Assembly (NCBI GenBank): GCA_030530145.1
Contig: JAUMVN010000003.1
Span: 23,037-87,036 of the forward strand
Source: Coriobacteriia bacterium
GTDB taxonomy: Bacteria > Actinomycetota > Coriobacteriia > Coriobacteriales > Atopobiaceae
Reading direction: 5' to 3'
DNA: 64,000 bases
Each line of letters starts with the position of its first letter. The stretch's first letter is position 1. Of this stretch, positions 29,151-36,582 are shown one piece after another. The position numbers were made by a program, and so were the translations under genes. The notes under the pieces were generated by a model. It was not told where the DNA came from, made no database searches, and saw nothing but the letters and a program-made list of their open reading frames with translations.

Positions 29151-30374
29151 TCAGCTGTTCAGGCGGAAGGTACGAACCGTTACGGAAGCGGGGTAGCCCG
29201 TGTCGGCGTCCTTGACCGTGGCGAACGTGACGAAGAGGTCGCACTCGCCGCAGCGCGCCGGGTACTCGCCGTAGTCGACGGCGCGGTCCACGGAAAGAAG
29301 CGCCGAGTACTTCTGGTTCTGCTCGTCGACGACCGCGTAGGACGAACGGCTCTTTATGACGTAGACGCCGTCGGTGGATCCGGCCGGGCACTCGGAGGGC
29401 TCGCGGTCGATCTTTATGAAGTCGCCGGAGCGCGTGCCGATGTAGGTGCCCATCTTTGAAAGAAGCCCGCCCGAGCTGTAGCTCGCCTCGATGGAGATCA
29501 GGAACTTCTCGCCGACGCGGGTGGCGCGGAACGGCTTGACGCTGGCCGGCAAGACGAGCTGGTCAACCTGGGTGGAGAGGTTGTCCGAGATCGAATAGGC
29601 CGTGGCGCCGTAGTAGGTGCCCTCGTCGGCGCGGACTCGCGGCGTGAGCACGCAGACGTCGCCCGAGACGGTCGGCCGCGTGGCAAAGCGCCCGGGAGAC
29701 TCGACGGCGCGCTTGGCGTTCGAGTCGCCGGTGGCCCATATGTAGCAGTAGGAGTGCTCGGAGGTCTTCTTGCCCGAGAGCGAGGGCTGGACCTGCCAGA
29801 TGACCTTCGAGCCCGAGGCGGCAAGAGGCGCCGGGTCGTAGTCGGAGGTGCCGTCCCAGAGCTTCTGCGTGTCCCCCTCCAGGGCGCCGTCGGAGAACTT
29901 TGAGGCGTAGAGCGTCCAAGCGCGGGTGGTCACGTCGAGCTCGACCCAGGCGTAGACCTTGTCCGAGCAGGCCACGTCGTAGATGACGGTGGTGGTTGCG
30001 GTGCCGAGCGGGGCCGAGACGACCTCGTTCAAGGTGCCGGACTCGACCGAGAGGGCGCCGCCCTTGCACATGGGGAGCGCCGAGGAGCCCGCGAGCGTGG
30101 CGGGGACCCAGGTGCCCTCGGCCGGGCGCAGGACCGTGCCCAGGGGCAGCGTCCAGGTGTTCTCCAGCGTGTACCCGTGGTCGTCGACGTACTCGTAGGG
30201 AGACTCGTCCGCCATGACGTCGACGGCCGAGTCGGAGTCGACGACCACGGGCTCGGTCGTGTCCTGCGAGTTGCCCGAACCGCAGCCGGCGAGGGCCGAG
30301 ACGGCCGCGCCCGCGACGCCCGCGGCGGCGGACGCCTTGAAGAGGCCTCGTCTGGTGAGCTTGAGTCGACGCAT
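29151..30374 (-). CDS. Tat-exported lipoprotein of unknown function
   Basis: LTRRGLFK twin-arginine motif, hydrophobic core, LAGC lipobox; beta-rich mature part. Confidence 0.75.
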   Translation of the reverse strand: MRRLKLTRRGLFKASAAAGVAGAAVSALAGCGSGNSQDTTEPVVVDSDSAVDVMADESPYEYVDDHGYTLENTWTLPLGTVLRPAEGTWVPATLAGSSALPMCKGGALSVESGTLNEVVSAPLGTATTTVIYDVACSDKVYAWVELDVTTRAWTLYASKFSDGALEGDTQKLWDGTSDYDPAPLAASGSKVIWQVQPSLSGKKTSEHSYCYIWATGDSNAKRAVESPGRFATRPTVSGDVCVLTPRVRADEGTYYGATAYSISDNLSTQVDQLVLPASVKPFRATRVGEKFLISIEASYSSGGLLSKMGTYIGTRSGDFIKIDREPSECPAGSTDGVYVIKSRSSYAVVDEQNQKYSALLSVDRAVDYGEYPARCGECDLFVTFATVKDADTGYPASVTVRTFRLNS

Positions 30375-30390
30375 GGGGCTTGACCTGGGG

Positions 30391-30723
30391 TTAGTTGGCT
30401 GCGGAGGCAGCGTCGGCAGAGGCGGGGGCCGCGGGCTTCTCGCCGTCGGCGGCGTTCGCCGCGTCGATGGCGTCCATGGCTTGGAGAAGCGCCTGCGAGA
30501 ACTGGTCGGCGCAGGAGGTCTTGCGCGGGCCGCAGAGGTTGCCCTTGAGGACCTCGGCGACCTCCTCGGTCGGGCGGCCGGCCACGAGCTTGGAGATGGC
30601 GGCGAGGTTGCCGGAGCAGCCGCCCTCGAAGTTGACGGCCTCGATCGTCTTGCCGTCGTCGGAAAGGTCGATGTGAATCATGCGCGAGCAGACCCCGCGC
30701 GGACGGAAATCAACGTGCTGCAT
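30391..30723 (-). CDS. TIGR03905-family TSCPD-domain protein
   Basis: Start MQHVDFRPRGVCSR; GGCSGNLAAISKLVAG, CGPRKTSCADQ. Confidence 0.85.
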   Translation of the reverse strand: MQHVDFRPRGVCSRMIHIDLSDDGKTIEAVNFEGGCSGNLAAISKLVAGRPTEEVAEVLKGNLCGPRKTSCADQFSQALLQAMDAIDAANAADGEKPAAPASADAASAAN

Positions 30724-30801
30724 TGCGAATCCCCTCTCTTTGATTGCGCGTTCCAGTATACCCGCGGCCAGCGCGGGGCCGCAGGCGGCGCGCGGGATGG
30801 G

Positions 30802-30923
30802 CTCGAGGTGGTACCTCGTACACCACCTCGGCCGATTTTCTTGGCAGTTTCGCGCCACCTCGGCGAGAATCGCCTCCAGGTGGCGCCACCTCGAGGGCAA
30901 CACCACCTGGAGGCACCACCTCG
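30802..30923 (+). repeat. Repeat family D, copy 1 (~120 bp, about eight CCACCTCG/CGAGGTGG motifs)
   Basis: Core GCGATTTTCTTGGCAGTTTCGC(A/G)CCACCTCGGCGAGAA..GCCTCCAGGTGGCGCCACCTCGAGGGCAACACCACCT is shared with four other copies. Confidence 0.92.
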
Positions 30924-30936
30924 CCGGGCAACAGCG

Positions 30937-32148
30937 CTACGCCAACGCCCGCCCCGAAACGATGCGACAGACCCCCTCGGTGCTGGAAATCTCCTCAAGC
31001 ACGTCGATGATCTGGTCCGACTGGAAGAACTCGCCGCGACGCCGGTTCCCCATCGGGCGCAGCACGCCGTACTCAACGGCCCTTCTTACCAGGGAAAGAG
31101 CGGCGCGGGGAGTAATTCCGAGGCGCTTGGCCAGGTAGTCGATGCTCACCACGGGCTGCTCGACCAGCACGGCGGGCAGGCGATGGATGCTCGACCCCTT
31201 CCGCTCGGTGAACCTGCGGCCCCATTCCTCGACGACCGCATCGACCCGCATCGCCGTCAGGTTCCCCACGACGACCGCCAGCTCAAGCGCATCAACCAGA
31301 CGCTCGATAACGCTTACGGGATTCCCCTGCTGATACTCCGTGATGGCCGCCATGTACGCGTCGACATCGTGAAGCAAGCCCGCCGACACCGGAAGCGTCG
31401 TCTGGCTCAACACACCCTCGTCGCGCAGGATCTTGTGCAGCAGAACGCGTCCGGTCCTTCCGTTCCCATCGATAAAAGGATGAATCGTCTCAAGCTGAGC
31501 ATGAGCTATCGCCGCCTTCACAATGGGGTCGACGTCATCCCGCCCGGCGAATTCAACCAGATCGTCAAGGTAGCCGCGCACTCGTGAGCTCCGGGGCGGC
31601 ACGTAGGCGGCGTCATGGGGGCTGTATGACGATCCGCCCACCCAGACTTGCTCGTCTCTGAGCTCGCCGCCGAAGCTTCCCTCGGCGCCATTGATAAGCG
31701 CAGCATGGATTCCCAGGATGCTGTCGACGGTAAGAGGAGCGCTCAGGGCCAGGGCTTTTCTCATCGCCTCGATATTGCCGACGATGAGCTTTGCGTTGTG
31801 CGGGGCATCGGGCGAGACCTCGGCTAAGGCCACGTTCCGCGCGCTGGAAGTGAGGCTCTCGATCTGGGAGCTCGCGGAAGATTCGCTTCTGAGCAGCATG
31901 GCGGGCAAGGCATAGCCGCGCGCCTTCTGCTCGGTGTCGAAGCGCGAGAGCTTGACGAGGAGCTCGGAGATTCGGGCGCCGAGCGCGGCGGGCACAACGA
32001 GGGTCCTGTCCGAGATGTAGAGAGGGACCGCAGCTTCATACGTTGAGCCGATCTTTCGCCGCTGGGTCTTCGAGATGTAGGGAAGAAGGTCAGGGTCGGA
32101 GACCCAAGGCAGCGTTTCAGACCCAATCGGGGGCCATTGAGCAGTCAT
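30937..32148 (-). CDS. Fic-family protein with C-terminal HTH
   Basis: Canonical HPFIDGNGRTGR; N-terminal SSASSQIE segment where the inhibitory helix usually lies; start MTAQW at 32148 after GGAGG. Confidence 0.92.
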   Translation of the reverse strand: MTAQWPPIGSETLPWVSDPDLLPYISKTQRRKIGSTYEAAVPLYISDRTLVVPAALGARISELLVKLSRFDTEQKARGYALPAMLLRSESSASSQIESLTSSARNVALAEVSPDAPHNAKLIVGNIEAMRKALALSAPLTVDSILGIHAALINGAEGSFGGELRDEQVWVGGSSYSPHDAAYVPPRSSRVRGYLDDLVEFAGRDDVDPIVKAAIAHAQLETIHPFIDGNGRTGRVLLHKILRDEGVLSQTTLPVSAGLLHDVDAYMAAITEYQQGNPVSVIERLVDALELAVVVGNLTAMRVDAVVEEWGRRFTERKGSSIHRLPAVLVEQPVVSIDYLAKRLGITPRAALSLVRRAVEYGVLRPMGNRRRGEFFQSDQIIDVLEEISSTEGVCRIVSGRALA

Positions 32149-32164
32149 CGCGAATCCTCCCTTG

Positions 32165-32245
32165 TGCAATTTCGCTTCCGATTAGTATAGCTAACGGAAG
32201 TGAATTGCATTTCACTTCCGTTAGTGCGGGCACATCGGAAGCAAA
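32165..32245. promoter_or_regulatory. Four-copy operator-like array upstream of fic
   Basis: TTCGCTTCCGATTAG / CTAACGGAAGTGAA / TTCACTTCCGTTAG / CATCGGAAGCAAA in alternating orientation. Confidence 0.65.
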
Positions 32246-32265
32246 GTAATACACCAAGTACAAAT

Positions 32266-32298
32266 AGCCGCCCCGGGCTCGGAGAGCTCGGGGCGGCT
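32266..32298 (-). terminator. Adhesin terminator hairpin (copies also at 36524-36556 and 41283-41312)
   Basis: AGCCGCCCCGGGCTC..GAGCTCGGGGCGGCT just after each adhesin stop codon. Confidence 0.8.
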
Positions 32299-32325
32299 GG
32301 TGCGCAGGTGGTTATCCGCTGCTAC

Positions 32326-34338
32326 TTACTTCTTGCGGCGAATCCTGGAAACAACGACGCCGAGGACGCCGGTGCCGGCGATGGCAGCGATCGCCTCGTT
32401 GGCAAGAAGCGCGTCGCCGGTCTTCGGGGTGGCGGACTTCTTTGCGGCGGAGCCGTTGTCCTTGCTGTCGCTGGCCTTCTTCCCGTCATCCTTCTTGGAC
32501 GGGGTCACGTCGTCGGCCTTGGTCACCTTAAGGGTGCCAAGCACGGTCTTGACGTCGTAGTTGTTGGCGTCGGTGCCGGCGTTCAGGGTGTAGGTGAAGG
32601 TGTTCTTGGACTCACCCACCTCGGTCTGGGAGCCGGTCACACTATAGGTCGCGCCCTGACCGGACACGAAACCGTCGCCCGAGACAGTCACCTTGTTGTT
32701 GGTCAACGCCTTGCCGTTGTAGGTCTTCTCGGCGGATGCGGAGGTCAGGACCACGGAGCGCTTAGTGACGGTCAGGCTCTGGGTCGTAGTGACATATCCG
32801 GTGTAGTGGCCATCGACAAACGCGCGGACGTTAACGGTCTTCGTGTCGCTTACATTGATGGCGGTGATGTCGGTGGGGTTCGTCGTCCACGTGCCGTCGG
32901 CCTTCTGGTACTCGACCGTCACAGCGTAGCCGTTGTCATCCTTCGCCGTCGCGGTACCGGCGGCGAGGGCAGCCCCATCATAGACCTTGGACGCATCCTT
33001 GCCGGTGAGCACGATGTGATCGCTCGCGTTGTCGGACGCGAACTCCCAGGTACCGGTGAAGGTAACGCCGTCCTTGGTCATGGTCGCGGAATCGTGGTCC
33101 CAGCCCTTGAAGGTCCAGGTGCCGTCGGAGACCTTGACGGTCTGCTCTTTCGGAGACGCAGGGTACACGGTATCGCCCACGTAGTGGACCTCATCATCGG
33201 TGGGCAGGCAGGCGTTCACCGCGTCGGGAACCGACTTGCCGTCGGCATCGACAAACTTATAGGTAATGACCGCCTTCGAGGCGACCTGACAGTCGCACGA
33301 GGCGTCCTTGGTAATGGTTGTCGTGGTGGTGACGGAAGAGCCTGCCTTCATGCTCGTCTTGACCGAGTAGGTGGTGGAAGCGTTGACGGCAAACGTTACA
33401 GTCCCCTTGTCGTACGCATCCTGAGAAACCTTATAGCTAACGGTGCCCACGTAGGTACCGTCGGCCTTACGAGTGAGGTTTGAGACCGTGACGGACTCGC
33501 CGTTAACGGTGGCGCTGTTCACCTTGACGTCGGAAACCGTGACGTCCTTCTGGGTCACGGGCTTCTGAGGGGCGAGCGTAACGGTGAAGGTGAGGGTATC
33601 GCCGGGCTTAACGCCGGTGGTCTTATCGCTCTTAGCGGTAACAGTTAGGTCCGGGCTCTGGCCCTTGATGGAAGTGGAGACGGTATTCGGCTGCTCGGAG
33701 CCGGCCTTTCTGCTCCATCCAAAGACGCCGATGTAACCAGCGGTCTTCGCCGCGGTAACAACATTGCTCAGGCCGGGATAATCCTTGATGTTTTCGAAGG
33801 TCTCGGTATCGTCCTGCAGGCTGTAGAAGTCGCCGTTGCTCAGCCGATCAACGCCAATATCGGTGAGCAGATAGCCATCGTCCGGCTTGATGAAGAACAG
33901 AACGTAGCCGTCGGCGCCGTCGAAATCATAGCCGTCCTTCTTGTAGTAGAAGTTTTCAATGATGTTTTTACCCTGAGCCTGGGTAAAGTCATCAGCCGTT
34001 ACCCCCTGCGTATCCTTTTCGCAGTGATACGCGAAGTACGCCACGTCCGCGTTCTCAATCTCGGCTTCGATGATGAATTCGTTAAAGCCCCAGCTTGCGC
34101 GCAGGACCTGGGCGCTGTTCAAGCTCGTGAGCGCGATGGCGTTGTCGTCAACGGTGGTGGAATCGGCCTCTACCGCAGACTCGTCTTCAGACGACCCCCC
34201 GACGGTATTTGCATACGCCGGGACAACGGCGCCGAAGGTCTGCGTCAGCATAAGAGCGGACAGCGCGACGGCCGTCACCTTGCCCTTCGTGTTGGGTTCG
34301 CCGCTCCCCGGGGTGCGGTCCTTGCAAAACAAAGCCAT
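32326..34338 (-). CDS. Sortase-anchored surface protein 1 (SHIRT-like and MBG-like domains, TPKTGD anchor)
   Basis: True start MALFCKDR at 34338 after GAGGAG (the ORF-track extension to 34881 is spurious); signal peptide ..VVPAYA; GTWTFKGWD, SAEKTYNGKAL; TPKTGD-TM-RIRRKK. Confidence 0.85.
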   Translation of the reverse strand: MALFCKDRTPGSGEPNTKGKVTAVALSALMLTQTFGAVVPAYANTVGGSSEDESAVEADSTTVDDNAIALTSLNSAQVLRASWGFNEFIIEAEIENADVAYFAYHCEKDTQGVTADDFTQAQGKNIIENFYYKKDGYDFDGADGYVLFFIKPDDGYLLTDIGVDRLSNGDFYSLQDDTETFENIKDYPGLSNVVTAAKTAGYIGVFGWSRKAGSEQPNTVSTSIKGQSPDLTVTAKSDKTTGVKPGDTLTFTVTLAPQKPVTQKDVTVSDVKVNSATVNGESVTVSNLTRKADGTYVGTVSYKVSQDAYDKGTVTFAVNASTTYSVKTSMKAGSSVTTTTTITKDASCDCQVASKAVITYKFVDADGKSVPDAVNACLPTDDEVHYVGDTVYPASPKEQTVKVSDGTWTFKGWDHDSATMTKDGVTFTGTWEFASDNASDHIVLTGKDASKVYDGAALAAGTATAKDDNGYAVTVEYQKADGTWTTNPTDITAINVSDTKTVNVRAFVDGHYTGYVTTTQSLTVTKRSVVLTSASAEKTYNGKALTNNKVTVSGDGFVSGQGATYSVTGSQTEVGESKNTFTYTLNAGTDANNYDVKTVLGTLKVTKADDVTPSKKDDGKKASDSKDNGSAAKKSATPKTGDALLANEAIAAIAGTGVLGVVVSRIRRKK

Positions 34339-34667
34339 TGTTGCTCCTCTTCGAACCGGCCGGAAAGCCCCTCTTGCCGGCCATGGCGCCCCATCCGGCG
34401 AATGCAGACAGGTCGCCCATTTCATTCCTGATTGTGATTCTGCCGTAAAGGAGCTGGCTTCGACGGGGGAACTTGAGGGTGACTTGACGGTTTGGAGCGC
34501 GAAAGAGCGCAGCCGAGCAATCATTCTTGCCTGTTTGCCTTTGGTTTTACCTGCGGAGGGTTCGAACCGGCGGCGATGCCGAGGCGGCCCTCGACCGATA
34601 CGTAATTTATCCGGGGGTACCTTAGAACCGAGAGGTCGAATCACGGATTCTCCACATGCTGAATGGC

Positions 34668-34805
34668 GCTCGAAGTGGTGTTTGGTCCGAGGTGGTGCGC
34701 GCGGCGCCACCTCGAGCGATTTTCTTGGCAGTTTCGCACCACCTCGGCGAGAAATGCCTCCAGGTGGCGCCACCTCGAGGGCAACACCACCTCGAGGCAC
34801 CGCCG
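34668..34805 (+). repeat. Repeat family D, copy 2
   Basis: Same core and orientation as copy 1; ends 13 bp from the hipA-2 stop. Confidence 0.92.
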
Positions 34806-34817
34806 CGCACCGCTCCG

Positions 34818-36071
34818 TCACACGTGGGCGAGCACTTCTCGCCTCGGAGCGATGTCCTCCAAGAGCGTCTCCGCATCCCACGCAACATCCTCAAACTCGT
34901 CGCCAGCCTCGGAAGCCGCCGCCATGACCGCATCTCCCACGGATTCCGCCACCTCATGAGCGATCTTCTGGAAGGTTTTCTTTCCCAATACGAAGTCCCT
35001 TGAGCATTCGCGCAGGTCGTCTGCCTCGATGCTGTCGATGTCCCACTTGCCGTTGATCGCCATGGCCATCGTGCGCGAGAGGTCCTCGTACCATGTCGTG
35101 CACACGAGGTCGTACGCCGGCGCCAGCCGCACCGTCGACCAGTCCACTCCGTACACGAGCGAGAAGTTCTTCAAGTGAGCGTCGCAGTTTCCGATCGCGT
35201 AGTTGAAGCACGTGAGCCGCGCGAGGCGGCGAACATCCTCCAGCACGTCGTCGGACTGTTCATAGAGAAGGCTGGCCAACGCCCTTATCGACCCGCCTTC
35301 GAGCTCGGCGTACTTCGAGCCTGAGGTCAGGCCGAACGCCTGGGTAAGGTCCTCCTGGTGCAAACGCGTAACACTCAGTGCGCCGGAATCCCCAGCAACC
35401 AGGCGGTCGAACCTACGGCTGCAGAGAACCGGCACGCCGAAGTCGAGGAGATGAACTTCCGCTGCATCGATTCCGCACAGCGACGCCGCTCGGGTGCAGA
35501 GAAACTCGAGGCCGGTCAGCCGGTCCCGTGCGCCGACCTTGAGTATATGAGTCGAGGCCGCGCAGTTGAGGCATCTGAACCAGCCGCTGGTCAGAGGCTC
35601 GTTCGGACCGTGTGCCAGGCCAACCTTGCTCTGCGTACCGGCAAGCGAGAGCCGGTCGGAACCGTTGAGCTCCGCCATGCTTGCGCGCCGGGAGAACAGT
35701 TCTTTGAGCTCGGATGACGAGACCGGCTCGTATCGCGGCGGCTCTGGCAGCTCACCCGCCGTGATGAGAAGGTCGCCGACGCAGTCGAGGCCACAGCTGC
35801 CCAGCATAGAGAGCCAGTCGTTCTCCCGTACATGCAGCTCCGCGGACATAATTCGCCTCGCTGCGCCTTCGGGAACGAGGCCCTCGAAGAACGGCTCTGC
35901 CTCTGCCGGCGAGAAGCGCTTGTCCGAAATAGGCAGGCTAGCCGAGATAGGGCGGTTCGACAGGTCGGCCGAATAAGCGGCATCGTATTCGAACGACCCG
36001 TCAGCAAGAAGTCGCCCAACTAGGGCTGGCTCCGCTTCACCGTATCGATATACCTCGAGATCGTTCTCCAT
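34818..36071 (-). CDS. hipA: HipA-family kinase toxin (copy 2)
   Basis: ISASLP..FFEGLVPEG, LSLAGTQSK, THILKVG, HQEDLTQ, DAHLKNFS, LAPAYD; strongly diverged from copy 1. Confidence 0.92.
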   Translation of the reverse strand: MENDLEVYRYGEAEPALVGRLLADGSFEYDAAYSADLSNRPISASLPISDKRFSPAEAEPFFEGLVPEGAARRIMSAELHVRENDWLSMLGSCGLDCVGDLLITAGELPEPPRYEPVSSSELKELFSRRASMAELNGSDRLSLAGTQSKVGLAHGPNEPLTSGWFRCLNCAASTHILKVGARDRLTGLEFLCTRAASLCGIDAAEVHLLDFGVPVLCSRRFDRLVAGDSGALSVTRLHQEDLTQAFGLTSGSKYAELEGGSIRALASLLYEQSDDVLEDVRRLARLTCFNYAIGNCDAHLKNFSLVYGVDWSTVRLAPAYDLVCTTWYEDLSRTMAMAINGKWDIDSIEADDLRECSRDFVLGKKTFQKIAHEVAESVGDAVMAAASEAGDEFEDVAWDAETLLEDIAPRREVLAHV

Positions 36072-36286
36072 TCGCGCCTCTCACCTCCCACGATGGTCAG
36101 GCCGAGGACCGCGACGAGGCGCAGCACGCGGTCGAGCTCGGCAGTCGGCTTCCCGCGCTCGACCTGCGAGACGAAGTTGATGCCGACGTTAGCCGCATCG
36201 GCGACCTCGGCCTGGGTATAACCCTTCTTCCGGCGCTCGTCCCGTATCAGTTTGCCGAGCGCCGCGGCATCGAGAATCACTTGCAT
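36020..36286 (-). CDS. hipB: HipB-like HTH antitoxin (copy 2)
   Basis: Start MQVILD at 36286; LIRDERRKKGYTQAEVADAANVGINFVSQVERGK; overlaps hipA-2 by 52 nt. Confidence 0.88.
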   Translation of the reverse strand: MQVILDAAALGKLIRDERRKKGYTQAEVADAANVGINFVSQVERGKPTAELDRVLRLVAVLGLTIVGGERREWRTISRYIDTVKRSQP

Positions 36287-36302
36287 AACAGTTGCTTTCA
36301 CG

Positions 36303-36347
36303 CGAACGAATGAATTCTTGTTCAGTTTAGCAGATTTCACTCGTTCG
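36303..36347. promoter_or_regulatory. Candidate HipB-2 operator (inverted repeat)
   Basis: CGAACGAATGAA (36303-36314) and TTCACTCGTTCG (36336-36347), 11/12 match, directly upstream of the start codon. Confidence 0.55.
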
Positions 36348-36391
36348 GGGGAATTTGCGGTTATCCTGCGTCTGCCCCGTCGGTAGACAGG

Positions 36392-36511
36392 CCGAGGTGG
36401 TGCCGTGCGCGCCGCCTCGGGCGATTTTCTTGGCAGTTTCGCACCACCTCGGCGAGAAATGCCTCCAGGTGGCGCCACCTCGAGGGCAACGCCACCTGGA
36501 GGCACCACCTC
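36392..36511 (+). repeat. Repeat family D, copy 3
   Basis: Same core; abuts the adhesin-2 terminator. Confidence 0.92.
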
Positions 36512-36582
36512 AACGCACGAAAAAGCCGCCCCGGCTCAATTGAGCTCGGGGCGGCTGGCGCGCAGGCGGTTTCCGCAGCTAC

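Noticed and set aside
34339-34881. N-terminal 181-aa extension of adhesin 1 in the ORF track
   Set aside because: It runs through repeat D and the hipA-2 end; the signal peptide and SD support a start at 34338. Similar repeat-derived ORFs (30678..31076, 34656..35003, 36287..36508, 43652..43894) are rejected too.
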